Virus record (IMG/VR): IMGVR_UViG_3300032323_001387
Location: 108,209-172,208 of that record
Source of the DNA: a virus
Length of the DNA: 64,000 bases
Direction: 5' to 3' (one strand)
This document shows positions 37,265 through 47,346 of this stretch, piece by piece. The stretch's first letter is position 1; the number at the start of each line of letters is the position of its first letter. The notes below the pieces were generated by a model. The model was not told the origin of the DNA, made no database searches, and saw only the letters and a list, made by a program, of their open reading frames with translations. A program made the translations under genes and the position numbers.

Positions 37265-38047
37265 ATGAGCGACACATTCACATTATTAAGCTATCCGCAA
37301 CGCAGTATATTGATATATGCAGAAGGACATAGCAGGACACAAAACATGCCATTCAATACCACACGAAAAACAATCTATAAAGGTGTAGATAGTACCTTAG
37401 GATTTGATGTTAAAAATCAAGACCGAAAGCCAGTAAATTTACTGGGCAAAGATATTATGGTCAACATCATGCAAGTTAGAACAGGAGAACTTGTAGTGCA
37501 ACGCAGGGCAATGGCAGTAGAACCAGAATCTGGATTTTGTGAATTTACAGTATTCAGCAGTGACTTGGTTGATTTAGATCCAGGCATATATCAATTAAGT
37601 GCTGTAGTCTATGAAGCGGACGGCCGCGCTAAGAGTTTGTACACTGACCATAATCGTAGAGTTACTATGGAACTTGAAGTAAGTGATGGGGCTTATCCAA
37701 AATACCTACCAAGTGTTGGTCTAACATTTACACAATTAGGCAGCAGTTGGGTCAGCCAACCTATCGCTAGTAATTTACAAAAGAATGACAGTAGCACATT
37801 GCATACCATTCAAATTGGCGTTACTAACTATACTGGCATCATTGAAGCACTTGTTAGTTTGGAATACGACAGTGGCGGAAATTATTTCCCAGTTAGATTC
37901 GTCAATGATAAATTCCAAATCGAATTCGACGGAGCAACTGATATTCAAGGTTGGAACTTTATAGCAGACGCTCGTTGGGTGAAGATAGTATACACTCCTT
38001 CAAATACGAACACAGGAACAGTTGACAAAGTACTATATAGAAGTTAA
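37265..38047 (+). CDS. putative structural protein (BppU-N-like)
   Basis: Late promoter; IYKGVD..L.F.VKN.D.KPVNL, G.Y beta-sandwich pattern. Confidence 0.45.
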   Translation: MSDTFTLLSYPQRSILIYAEGHSRTQNMPFNTTRKTIYKGVDSTLGFDVKNQDRKPVNLLGKDIMVNIMQVRTGELVVQRRAMAVEPESGFCEFTVFSSDLVDLDPGIYQLSAVVYEADGRAKSLYTDHNRRVTMELEVSDGAYPKYLPSVGLTFTQLGSSWVSQPIASNLQKNDSSTLHTIQIGVTNYTGIIEALVSLEYDSGGNYFPVRFVNDKFQIEFDGATDIQGWNFIADARWVKIVYTPSNTNTGTVDKVLYRS

Positions 38048-38059
38048 AATTGTAGGGTC

Positions 38060-39031
38060 ATGATGGCCTTACAAACTTTACTTAGAAGCAGAATACACGG
38101 ACATGCTAGCCCAAAAGGCTGGGTTAGTTTCAATTGTCCTATGTGTGTTGTCAACGGACAAGCTCGTCCAGATACAAAGCGCCGCGGCGGAGTCTTGTTT
38201 AGTCCTGACGGCAGCGTCGCATACCAATGCTTTAATTGTCAATACAAAACAGGTTGGAGCCCGGGCTGGACATTAGGCTTCAGAATGCGTAAGTTGATGC
38301 GACAACTTGGCTTCGATGAAGCCGAAGTTCAAAGACTTGCATTAGAATTATTAAGCCAAGCAGATGTAGAAAGCTTAGTCAAACGAGAACCCGATCCTGT
38401 ATGGACTCCGGATTGGCCAGAATTTAACTTTGATTTTAATGTTAAGCAACTAGAAGATCCTAATAAAATTGCATATTTGCAAGACAGGCAAATTTATGAT
38501 CTAGCAACATGGTTAGAAACAGATGACGGATATGCCGGGTTGAATAACAGGGTTATATTGCCCTTCACTTATCAAAATAAAATTGTAGGGTTCCAAAGTA
38601 GGTATGTAGGGCAAGTGCCCGAGAAGCTGGCAAAGTATTTTAAAAAGAGTCCTGCTAACTATGTATATGGTCTAGATCATCAAACAGATAAGCAAGAGTA
38701 TGTAATTGTTACAGAAGGTGAATTTGATGCACTGCTGACTAGGGGAGTATCTTTGGGCAGTAATAATTTAAGCGACCGCCAGGCGCAACTGATAGAAGAC
38801 TTAAATATAGAACCTATACTATTACCAGACGCTGACAAGCCAGGCAGGGAATTAGTAGAAAAAGCCGCAGACTATGGATGGAGTGTTAGCTTTCCTGAGT
38901 GGGAAGGTTGTAAAGACGCCGGTGACGCTGTGATGAAATACGGTAGACTATTTACAGTGTATAGCATATTGCAGGCAGCAGAACACAGTCCAACAAAAAT
39001 TAGATTAATGGGAAAGAAATATTGTCAATGA
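38060..39031 (+). CDS. gp61: DNA primase (gp61-like)
   Basis: CPMC...CFNC zinc ribbon; IVTEGEFDA and PDAD TOPRIM; KD. Confidence 0.9.
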   Translation: MMALQTLLRSRIHGHASPKGWVSFNCPMCVVNGQARPDTKRRGGVLFSPDGSVAYQCFNCQYKTGWSPGWTLGFRMRKLMRQLGFDEAEVQRLALELLSQADVESLVKREPDPVWTPDWPEFNFDFNVKQLEDPNKIAYLQDRQIYDLATWLETDDGYAGLNNRVILPFTYQNKIVGFQSRYVGQVPEKLAKYFKKSPANYVYGLDHQTDKQEYVIVTEGEFDALLTRGVSLGSNNLSDRQAQLIEDLNIEPILLPDADKPGRELVEKAADYGWSVSFPEWEGCKDAGDAVMKYGRLFTVYSILQAAEHSPTKIRLMGKKYCQ

Positions 39032-40482
39032 GTAATGAAGTAAAAGAATACAGTGCAGACTTGCAAAAGTTATTTTTAGAGTTTTTAGTCAGTGATAAAG
39101 AACTACTGAGTCGTTGCCAAAACGTTTTAGAAGGCAGTTACTTTACTAGAAGTTTGCAGGCAACAGCAGAGTTTATTAAAGAGTATGCCAGTAAGTACAG
39201 CGATTGTCCCACAGTAGATCAAATTAAAGCAGTAACTGATACAGAACTCAGAGTTATTCCTGGAGAAGCTGCCAGTCATAAAGAATGGTTCTTAACGGAG
39301 TTTGAACAGTTTGCTAGACATAAAGCATTAGAGAAGGCTATTCTTAAAAGTGCTGACTTGCTGGACAAACAACGTTATGGCGAAGTTGAAAAACTAATTA
39401 AAGACGCTAGCAATATTGGCTTGCCCAAGAGCTTTGGTACAGACTATTATGCAGACCCAATGGGTCGATTAATGTTGCTGAAGAATCAAAACGGTGGCAC
39501 TAGTACTGGTTGGAAGACCATTGACGAAAAACTATATGGCGGTTTTAACAGAGGCGAACTTAATATCTTTGCAGGAGGTTCTGGCGCAGGTAAGAGTTTG
39601 TTCTTACAAAACTTGGCATTGAATTGGAGTTTGCAAGGACTCAATGGCGTTTACTTTAGTCTGGAACTTAGTGAAGGACTATGTAGTATGCGTATGGACG
39701 CTATGCTTATGGGAATTGCAACTAAAGAGATTTATAAAAATATCGATGACGTTGATTTGCAGATTAGGATGAAAGGTAAGAAAGCTGGTAAGTTGCAGAT
39801 TGTACAACTTACTGCGGGTATTACTGTTAACGATTTGAAGTCTTGGATTAAAGAATTCCAAATCCAGCACAATAATAAGATTGACTTTGTTGTAGTTGAC
39901 TACTTGGATTTGATGACACCTGTATCTGTTAAGATCTCAGCAGAGAATACATTTATCAAAGACAAGTATGTATCAGAAGAACTTAGGGCAATGGCAGTGC
40001 AAGGTGGCTATTTGTTCTGCACAGCCAGTCAGTTGAATCGAGGTGCTGTTGAAAGTGTTGAATTTGATCACAGTCACATTAGTGGTGGTTTAAGTAAGAT
40101 TCAAACTGCTGATAACGTTATTGGTATTTTTAACAGCATTACAATGCGCGAGCGAGGAAGAGTACAATTACAATTCATGAAGACACGTTCGAGTAGTGCT
40201 GTAGGTACAAAGATAGAATTAGATTTCAATACTACTAGTTTGCGTATCACTGATTTGGATGAAGATAGTCCAGAAGTTCCTACTACAACCGATGTAATGT
40301 TTAATCAATTGAGGCGCAAAGCAGAGACTCCAAGTACTGGTAATTCAGGTGGGGAATCTGGACCATTGGATGTAACTAAAGCACCATGGGCAAACTCAAC
40401 TGACAAAAAGAATGAGCCCAAAATCCCTATTAGGACTATGGACTCAAGTAGTAAGTTAGCTAGTATTCTTAAAAAGAGTTAA
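39028..40482 (+). CDS. gp41: replicative DnaB-like helicase (gp41-like)
   Basis: STGW..ID, GGSGAGKS, SLEL, VVDYLDL, TASQLNR, MKTR. Confidence 0.93.
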   Translation: MSNEVKEYSADLQKLFLEFLVSDKELLSRCQNVLEGSYFTRSLQATAEFIKEYASKYSDCPTVDQIKAVTDTELRVIPGEAASHKEWFLTEFEQFARHKALEKAILKSADLLDKQRYGEVEKLIKDASNIGLPKSFGTDYYADPMGRLMLLKNQNGGTSTGWKTIDEKLYGGFNRGELNIFAGGSGAGKSLFLQNLALNWSLQGLNGVYFSLELSEGLCSMRMDAMLMGIATKEIYKNIDDVDLQIRMKGKKAGKLQIVQLTAGITVNDLKSWIKEFQIQHNNKIDFVVVDYLDLMTPVSVKISAENTFIKDKYVSEELRAMAVQGGYLFCTASQLNRGAVESVEFDHSHISGGLSKIQTADNVIGIFNSITMRERGRVQLQFMKTRSSSAVGTKIELDFNTTSLRITDLDEDSPEVPTTTDVMFNQLRRKAETPSTGNSGGESGPLDVTKAPWANSTDKKNEPKIPIRTMDSSSKLASILKKS

Positions 40483-40970
40483 TTAGTTTTCATATCACGC
40501 ATACCAGCTACAGGTGATGCAGTACCAGGGGCTCCTACTTCAGGAGCCTTTGTTGTTTGTGGAGCAGCGCCGCTTGGAAATGCTTCGCCGCCGGCATCGG
40601 CTTGATCTTGGGCTTGTGCATCCTTGTTCAAATCACTTTTTAAACGCTGGAATAGTGTAGTATCCTCGGCTACATAACTCAATATTGTTTCTAGTAAATC
40701 CATTAAAGCAGTCATTTGCTTTAAATTTGGACGATGATTCATATACATTGATCGAACACCTGTTCGCAAATCATTGTAATGTTCTTCGCCTACTGCGTCT
40801 TTGATAGCAGCCAAACGCATCATAGTGCGTGAAAAACTATTTTGGTCGATCTCTTTGCCGCTGGCATCCATTTCTGGATCGTGACGTACTGTATCGCCGA
40901 TATCTTCTTCGATAGCTCTTAGTTTGTTCAATACTGAACTCATGTCAAAATTAGTGCTTGAAAATGTCAT
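40479..40970 (-). CDS. hypothetical protein
   Basis: 163 aa; TAAATA and GAGG upstream on - strand. Confidence 0.65.
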   Translation of the reverse strand: MTFSSTNFDMSSVLNKLRAIEEDIGDTVRHDPEMDASGKEIDQNSFSRTMMRLAAIKDAVGEEHYNDLRTGVRSMYMNHRPNLKQMTALMDLLETILSYVAEDTTLFQRLKSDLNKDAQAQDQADAGGEAFPSGAAPQTTKAPEVGAPGTASPVAGMRDMKTN

Positions 40971-41026
40971 ATTAATTCCCTCTTAAGATTATTTATCTTA
41001 GATAAATATTTGATAAGGAATTAATT

Positions 41027-41287
41027 GTGCGTAAGCAAACTAAATCAATATTAGAAGAAATTACAAATATCGTGCCGCAGCGTGATAAGGAAAGCTTTGT
41101 GGAAAATAAAGCCATCAATGTCATTGCCAGCACCAAATACCTTGTTGAATACATACAAGAGAATTTCAATAAAGACCAAAGCGATGATTTGCTTAAAAGG
41201 CTATTTAATAGTCTAAAGACAGGGGATGAAAGCAAGTTTCGCAGAGGCATTAAACAAATAAAAGAATCAAAACATGGAACAATTTGA
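41027..41287 (+). CDS. hypothetical protein
   Basis: GTG start, AAGGA RBS, late promoter. Confidence 0.65.
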   Translation: MRKQTKSILEEITNIVPQRDKESFVENKAINVIASTKYLVEYIQENFNKDQSDDLLKRLFNSLKTGDESKFRRGIKQIKESKHGTI

Positions 41288-42062
41288 AGATTTACAAGCA
41301 TGGGATTTAATGGTAGAAAGCCGCCAATATAGAGCTAGCGGCGCCCGTGGATTAAATCTAAGAAACGTTGCAGATTTTGCATTTTTAGATTTGCTATCTT
41401 TGTTTATATTACATAATGAATATGAAACAGCACCAATAGCAGCCAAATACGCGGATTCTACAATAAGTTATAGAAACTTTGCCAAAGCTAGATTAAGTGG
41501 CACAGACTTATATGTTAGTATGAACATATTAAGTGATCCAACTAGTATATTCAGTTCTAAAATTGCACAGAACGCAGATGCCGATGCGATATTGCGAGGA
41601 AAATTAAAAGTAAATCTTCCCACAGTAAAACGCTATTTAGATATGCTAGCAGACGGTACAATAACAAAAGACGATGCCGCAACATTATTTTTACGTTTGG
41701 AAAAACAGTTAAACATTACTGACAGTAAATTAAGAAGTATTCGTAGATTAGTCCAAGATTGGCCTGGACTTAATACCATGCAACGTGAACTAGCCACAAC
41801 AAAAATGCTACAGTATTATAAAAAATTTGCCAAGCGCAGTGAAATGTCAGTGTTCTTAAGTGACTTGGCCAAGGGCAAGGGTTATGAAATGCGTGGTGGT
41901 ATTGATGCCGAATTATCTAATTTAGGATACACTGGCAGCAGCTCCAAAGGCGCAGACCGCCATGACAAGCACGATAAACACGGTCCATCATGGTCAAAAA
42001 TAGCCAGCGATTTAATGCCAGCAGCGGGATTTTATGCGGGATACAAGCTAGGTAAACGCTAA
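41274..42062 (+). CDS. hypothetical protein
   Basis: 262-aa ORF. Confidence 0.65.
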   Translation: MEQFEDLQAWDLMVESRQYRASGARGLNLRNVADFAFLDLLSLFILHNEYETAPIAAKYADSTISYRNFAKARLSGTDLYVSMNILSDPTSIFSSKIAQNADADAILRGKLKVNLPTVKRYLDMLADGTITKDDAATLFLRLEKQLNITDSKLRSIRRLVQDWPGLNTMQRELATTKMLQYYKKFAKRSEMSVFLSDLAKGKGYEMRGGIDAELSNLGYTGSSSKGADRHDKHDKHGPSWSKIASDLMPAAGFYAGYKLGKR

Positions 42063-42118
42063 AAGAAGATAAATAAATACAAGAAACTTAGTGTTTCGAA
42101 CAATTAAAGGAGTCTATT

Positions 42119-42496
42119 ATGACAGCAAGAGTAAACGGTTCAGTTGGTACTACAGACGGTGGTATCTATAATCCAGGTCAAAGCTTGGCATTTTTCAGAA
42201 TCACTGTAAGAGATGATTCTGCAGCCGCAGTTGATCTACGTAGCAGTGACGGTACAGGTCAAGCATTGGAAGCTATCTTCTTTGCTTTGCCAACAGGCAT
42301 CATTGCTTATGATACAGCAAACGCTAACACAGGTGTTATCCACGTTATCGTTGACGGTCACGCCGCTCACACAGTTGCTAGCCTACAAGCCGCAATTCGT
42401 GCTTTAGGTACAGACGTTGGTAGCGATAGCAAAGACGTTTCTGGTACAGTCGTTGAAGCTGGTGCTGGTTTCACAGTATCTGCTAGCGCAGTTTAA
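42119..42496 (+). CDS. putative abundant small virion protein
   Basis: Late promoter, strong AAGGAG RBS, own terminator, A/G/T/V-rich. Confidence 0.6.
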   Translation: MTARVNGSVGTTDGGIYNPGQSLAFFRITVRDDSAAAVDLRSSDGTGQALEAIFFALPTGIIAYDTANANTGVIHVIVDGHAAHTVASLQAAIRALGTDVGSDSKDVSGTVVEAGAGFTVSASAV

Positions 42497-42516
42497 TCCT
42501 AAAAGTTTACAGGATA

Positions 42517-42541
42517 GAAAGCCGCTCATCGAGCGGCTTTC
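42517..42541 (+). terminator. hairpin terminator
   Basis: GAAAGCCGCTC-ATC-GAGCGGCTTTC. Confidence 0.75.
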
Positions 42542-42593
42542 ATTTGGCTCCTACTTTTGTTTTATAAGGTAAATAGTTAAAAGGAAGTTTAAT

Positions 42594-43037
42594 ATGCAAG
42601 CAACAGCAAGAACAGGCGAATATATCGGAGGTAACATAGAGTACTTTACTTGTTATACTCTAGTAGATATATCAGATTCAGGAATTTACGATCCTACCGC
42701 AGGGCAGCCCTACGAACAAGCACAGAATTTAAATGCATTACTACAAGCTATTAGTTTAGGTAGTCAACCTATATTAACCAGCGTGGAAAAATTAATAGCG
42801 GCAGATATGGATGACTTTGAATTTGGCAGCGACTTTACTGGCACACATAATATGTGGGTATTGCGTTTTGCCAGTGAAAGAGTTGGCAGTATCACTGTTA
42901 ATACATTGGTAAGGGATGTAGATGGCTTGCCAGTATATGATGATTTGGATGAAACTGCTACATTTGATTCAAATGTATTCGAAACCAACGATTCGGCACA
43001 GACAAACATATATTTCGTTCGCAACGACAATCTATAA
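42594..43037 (+). CDS. hypothetical (putative virion) protein
   Basis: 147 aa, TAAATA upstream. Confidence 0.6.
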   Translation: MQATARTGEYIGGNIEYFTCYTLVDISDSGIYDPTAGQPYEQAQNLNALLQAISLGSQPILTSVEKLIAADMDDFEFGSDFTGTHNMWVLRFASERVGSITVNTLVRDVDGLPVYDDLDETATFDSNVFETNDSAQTNIYFVRNDNL

Positions 43038-43062
43038 TTTAGATAAATATTAGCAACATTTT

Positions 43063-43094
43063 GGCACCAATCCATTGGCACATAACTTAGGCAC
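43063..43094 (+). repeat. three GGCAC direct repeats in a 5' leader
   Basis: GGCAC at 43063, 43077, 43090. Confidence 0.6.
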
Positions 43095-43147
43095 AAAAAA
43101 TAATAACGCAGAGTGAGATAAACACATTTACAAGGAGTTAGTGTTAA

Positions 43148-43459
43148 ATGGTGAAAGCAGTAGCAGAACGACTGGGAATAGTTGAGACTAAAGTAGAAAA
43201 TCTTGATAGCAAGATGGACGAATTGAAAGTCGATGTAAAAGAAATGCACGATTGTCTTGACAAAACCAGGGACGATTTAAAAGCAAAGTTAGATGAAATG
43301 TACAGTGCCAGTTGCACTCAGCATGCCGAACTAGCTAAAAAAATCGCCACTATGGAAAAATTAAAAGATCGCTGGACATTTACAGTGGCAGGCGTTTTAG
43401 TTGCAGTTGGGTGGATCAGTGCTCATGGTACTGATATTATTAGAGTTTTAGCAAAATAA
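43148..43459 (+). CDS. coiled-coil protein with C-terminal transmembrane helix (holin/XhlA-like?)
   Basis: Heptad repeat then WTFTVAGVLVAVGWI. Confidence 0.5.
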   Translation: MVKAVAERLGIVETKVENLDSKMDELKVDVKEMHDCLDKTRDDLKAKLDEMYSASCTQHAELAKKIATMEKLKDRWTFTVAGVLVAVGWISAHGTDIIRVLAK

Positions 43460-43460
43460 T

Positions 43461-43766
43461 ATGAATGAATTTGAAGTCATTGTCGAAGACACAGAAGAAC
43501 CTTTAACAGAGGCTAAGAGAGTATGGGCCAAGCGCGGCAAGAAATTAAAGCGCATGATTCGTTGCACCAGCGGTAAGAAAAAAGGCAGGACAGTGGCTAA
43601 TATCGGTGCATGTAGTAAAGCTATTGATGTTAAGAAGAGATTTATGATGAAGCGTATCAGAAAACGCTTCAACACAAAGATAGTTAGAAAAAGCAAGAGA
43701 ACAAAAGCATTTAATCCGCTAAGTAAACGATTAAAGACAATGAATAAAGCAACAAATAAAAGGTAA
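43461..43766 (+). CDS. basic prohead-core-like protein (gp68-like?)
   Basis: Acidic N-terminus ending LTE, then very K/R-rich. Confidence 0.45.
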   Translation: MNEFEVIVEDTEEPLTEAKRVWAKRGKKLKRMIRCTSGKKKGRTVANIGACSKAIDVKKRFMMKRIRKRFNTKIVRKSKRTKAFNPLSKRLKTMNKATNKR

Positions 43767-43772
43767 ACATAT

Positions 43773-44192
43773 ATGGCAGATGATCGCAGTTTAAAAGATG
43801 TTATACGATTCGTGGATCCTAGCGGTGACATGAGTGATGCTGACATCGCACAAGTTGGTCGTGAATTAAAGTTTACCGAAGTTCTAGACTTAATTACAAA
43901 AGTAGGCGAAGATGACGTCGATGGCGCAAGAAACATACTAGCAAAATATGACGACCGATTTAACGTAGCCAAAGAATACAGTAATGCTAAACCGGGTCCT
44001 GGTAGTAGCTTTAAACCAATCAAGCCCGTGGGATCTGCTCCAACAATAGCTAGGCCCAATACAAATCCAAATGGCCCGCAAGATGACGACAGCGAAGGCG
44101 CAAAATTGGATACAGCACTACAAGATCCACAGACTAAGAATAGACCAGAAGTAAGACAAATACAAAATCTTTTACAAAGGATGAAGAGATGA
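43773..44192 (+). CDS. hypothetical protein
   Basis: 139 aa. Confidence 0.6.
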   Translation: MADDRSLKDVIRFVDPSGDMSDADIAQVGRELKFTEVLDLITKVGEDDVDGARNILAKYDDRFNVAKEYSNAKPGPGSSFKPIKPVGSAPTIARPNTNPNGPQDDDSEGAKLDTALQDPQTKNRPEVRQIQNLLQRMKR

Positions 44193-44572
44193 AAGTAGTT
44201 GATCTTATAGCAGAAAGCTATCATGGCTTTGTTGGTCACATGAAAGAATTTGGCAAAGTTAGGCGAGAAATAGATCAATCAATTCCAAATGCTAGGATTG
44301 AACCACAACTAAGAAATACAGATACTTACATGCAAATGCGATATGGTATGGCATTAGCGGCAGCTTCTGCTGCTCAAGATAAAAGCTTTGAACAAGAAAG
44401 TCCATGGGCAGAAAATCTAGGTATACTGGCATATTCGGACGAAGAGATCAAAATTATACAGGCAGCTGACAAACTAATGGGTGTTAAAAGCGTAGCACTC
44501 AGTAAGAAAAGCAAAGAGCGTGACGACATTGGATCTGCCAGTCCAGTCGCCGATACTTCCTGGAGACGCTAA
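44189..44572 (+). CDS. hypothetical protein, possible internal head protein
   Basis: MKVVDLIAE N-terminus. Confidence 0.6.
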   Translation: MKVVDLIAESYHGFVGHMKEFGKVRREIDQSIPNARIEPQLRNTDTYMQMRYGMALAAASAAQDKSFEQESPWAENLGILAYSDEEIKIIQAADKLMGVKSVALSKKSKERDDIGSASPVADTSWRR

Positions 44573-44787
44573 TGAAAATAGGTGAATTGATATCTGGTCT
44601 TAAGTATATGGTAACCAATGAGCAAAGGGAAGTATTCACGTTGCTCAAACAACACAAAGAAATCCCCAGAACAGAACTGGATGAAAGACAGCATAGATTG
44701 GCAGAGCAAATGTCCAGTCAAGGTTTAATAGATAGAATTTACAATGAAGAAACAGAAACGGTCAGCTACAAACTATTCAACAAGTAA
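44572..44787 (+). CDS. hypothetical protein
   Basis: 71 aa, coupled. Confidence 0.6.
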   Translation: MKIGELISGLKYMVTNEQREVFTLLKQHKEIPRTELDERQHRLAEQMSSQGLIDRIYNEETETVSYKLFNK

Positions 44788-45235
44788 TATAGACATTACT
44801 CGTTTGCAAAAGAAAGTTGGTAGTATGTTGGATTCTAGTATACCAAAAAATATATTAGGAATGCTTGCTACAGTAGAAGACATGGGTGATAGTTTGATAT
44901 TTTATAAAAGATGGAAACTAGTCCCAGTAGAGAAACATAATTACGAAATCATCGATCTGAGAACTAACGAAACTGTTTATTCGATGATATCATTATTCAC
45001 TAGTGCAATGTACATGATATATCATATGCACAAGCAAACAGCTTATCCTTGTCCAAAAGAACAGTTAATCTACGGAGTCGACCAGGAATATTACAGGTGT
45101 ATGGAAAACATAAGGTTTTATGCTAAAAAATCCAGTACCAAAGATATGGACAAGTTAGAACTATACTCGGCTAGAATTCAAGACAGTTATTATAAACTGG
45201 ATGAAATTAAAACCCGATTATCTAAAATATATTGA
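44744..45235 (+). CDS. hypothetical protein
   Basis: 163 aa. Confidence 0.55.
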   Translation: MKKQKRSATNYSTSNIDITRLQKKVGSMLDSSIPKNILGMLATVEDMGDSLIFYKRWKLVPVEKHNYEIIDLRTNETVYSMISLFTSAMYMIYHMHKQTAYPCPKEQLIYGVDQEYYRCMENIRFYAKKSSTKDMDKLELYSARIQDSYYKLDEIKTRLSKIY

Positions 45236-45261
45236 TAAATAAACAAAAGGATACCTTAACC

Positions 45262-45951
45262 ATGAACACTTCAGAAATTTTTAATCCAGCACAGCGTAAA
45301 CAGCGTGTTATTGAAAGTTTTTTAAACAGCCACTATGGCCTTAAGTTGCAAGCTCGCGGCGATGTTGTACAAGTACAAACTTTGATTAATAAGTTGGTCA
45401 CTGAAAACCATCATATGGCCAGCACAACAAGAAACTATCAAAATACAGATCGTTATGTAAAGAACACAATGATCATTGAAGCATTAAAGCACATTCTTAA
45501 AGAGATTGCTCCTATGCGTACAGTTCGTAAAATGAACGAACAAAGCGGCGAAGATTTGGCTCAAGCTGAACTGATCCTTGTTGCACAAAACATGGTAGAA
45601 GAACTACAGAAGATGGCTGAAGACGTTGCACAAATGCAAACGGATGATCTAATGCCATTGGAAGAGAAAATGAAAACTACTTTTGGTCAAGAACAAGGTC
45701 AAGCATTTGGCGCTAGTGCAGATCAAGTATTTTCTACGTTGTTAGACGCAGTTAAGGCTGCTAAAGACGAACTAAGCAACGCAGTTGGTGTACTTAAAGG
45801 CGAAGCTCCTGCAATGCCCGGTGACGCAACGGGCGGCGCTGATCTGGACCAGACTGGCGGAGCATTGGACGCATTAGCCGGTGACGAATTTGGCACAGCA
45901 GACGCAGCTTCGGGCGAAGAAGATTTACCAACAGGCCGTGATCTAAAGTAA
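45262..45951 (+). CDS. hypothetical protein (helical, acidic tail)
   Basis: Start after TAAATA and AAGGA. Confidence 0.65.
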   Translation: MNTSEIFNPAQRKQRVIESFLNSHYGLKLQARGDVVQVQTLINKLVTENHHMASTTRNYQNTDRYVKNTMIIEALKHILKEIAPMRTVRKMNEQSGEDLAQAELILVAQNMVEELQKMAEDVAQMQTDDLMPLEEKMKTTFGQEQGQAFGASADQVFSTLLDAVKAAKDELSNAVGVLKGEAPAMPGDATGGADLDQTGGALDALAGDEFGTADAASGEEDLPTGRDLK

Positions 45952-46280
45952 TGAGACTATTTGAATTTGTTGACAGTGATGCAGAATTATTGGGCTTGAT
46001 TAAGCCCATTCTGCTTCGCGCCAAAGCCGAAGGTGCAACTGATATTCCTATGACTCAATTGTTAAACGATTTAGACCACAGAGATGAAATCACCCCAGAG
46101 TTAATGATAGATGTATTACGTAGACATAGAAAAGATTTAAAAAATATTATAACAACAGCAAATGTAGACAGTATTGTTTTATCTACAGGTCCTGTCAAAG
46201 CAATGACATCGAAACAAGATCAAAATGTTAACAAAATGAAAAATACAGCGTTACAACAAGCATTGGATAACCTAAAATGA
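45951..46280 (+). CDS. hypothetical protein
   Basis: MRLFEF N-terminus, coupled. Confidence 0.6.
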   Translation: MRLFEFVDSDAELLGLIKPILLRAKAEGATDIPMTQLLNDLDHRDEITPELMIDVLRRHRKDLKNIITTANVDSIVLSTGPVKAMTSKQDQNVNKMKNTALQQALDNLK

Positions 46281-46618
46281 AAAACATAATGTTAACAGCA
46301 ACACAGGCCCGTGCCAAATCACAAAATGATTCATTAATTTTCAATGAAGTTAGAGACATTGAAGATGCAATTTTATCTGCAATCGATTCTGGATTATATG
46401 ACGCTACTGTAACTGGTACAGCAATGACAGCAACTGTTAGCCCAGGATCTTTAACAGCCATCCAGTATTTTAATACATGGCAAGGTAGCATCGATGACAG
46501 AGCCAAATTTTTACAAATGAGTCAAGTTATAACTTACTTCACTGATTTGGGATACTCTATAGAACGCAGAACTAACTCATTGACTGGTAACACATTCAAA
46601 TGGGTTATTAGTTGGTAA
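46277..46618 (+). CDS. hypothetical protein
   Basis: 113 aa, coupled. Confidence 0.6.
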   Translation: MKNIMLTATQARAKSQNDSLIFNEVRDIEDAILSAIDSGLYDATVTGTAMTATVSPGSLTAIQYFNTWQGSIDDRAKFLQMSQVITYFTDLGYSIERRTNSLTGNTFKWVISW

Positions 46619-46663
46619 TACTACCATAGACACAACTGTAATAAGAGTGTAAAATAACACTCT

Positions 46664-47326
46664 ATGCTATTCAATCCAAAATATCAATATCAAACATTAA
46701 AGCGAGTAGAATCCAATGGCTCTCGACTTTACGACACACCGGCAGGCAAAGTTGCCAGTGTTACAACAATCCTCGACAGTACCAAAGACAAAACATTTCT
46801 AATTGAATGGCGTAAACGTGTAGGTGACTCCGAGGCTAATCGGATTAGTAAAGAAGCATCCGGTTTAGGTACACTAATGCACTTGCATTTGGAAAATTAC
46901 GTTATCGGCAAACCGAGACCAGAAGGTAATAATTTGGTTCAGACTATGGCTCGCTCCATGGCCGATACTATGATTAACGAAGCCTTTCCTAACGTAGACG
47001 AAGTATGGGGAATCGAATCTAGTCTTTATTACCCGGGCCTTTATGCAGGCACTAGTGATATGATCGGTGTATGGCGAGGTAAGCCTGCTATTATCGATCA
47101 TAAGACAAGTACCAAGCCTAAGAAGAAAGAATGGATTGAAGACTATTTCCTACAATGTTGTGCATACGCATTAGCGCACAATGAAGTACATGGCACTGAT
47201 ATTAGAACATGTGCTATTAATATCATTGACCGCGACGCAAAGTTACAAAGCTTTGTTATTGAAGGCAATGAGTTCGATCATTATAGTATAGAGTGGACCA
47301 AGCGAGTTGATCAATTTTATAAATAA
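46664..47326 (+). CDS. PD-(D/E)XK exonuclease
   Basis: SVTTIL, GT.MH, E, YAGTSD, IIDHKTS, Q..AYA. Confidence 0.85.
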   Translation: MLFNPKYQYQTLKRVESNGSRLYDTPAGKVASVTTILDSTKDKTFLIEWRKRVGDSEANRISKEASGLGTLMHLHLENYVIGKPRPEGNNLVQTMARSMADTMINEAFPNVDEVWGIESSLYYPGLYAGTSDMIGVWRGKPAIIDHKTSTKPKKKEWIEDYFLQCCAYALAHNEVHGTDIRTCAINIIDRDAKLQSFVIEGNEFDHYSIEWTKRVDQFYK

Positions 47327-47346
47327 CATTTTAAAGCAGGAATAAA

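Noticed and set aside
43448-44278. 276-aa antisense ORF and other shadow ORFs in the track (e.g. 8687-9202, 28876-29424)
   Set aside because: They overlap better-supported genes on the opposite strand or frame and lack RBS or recognisable motifs
46664-47326. Cas4
   Set aside because: Lacks the four-Cys Fe-S arrangement and any CRISPR context; ordinary phage PD-(D/E)XK exonuclease
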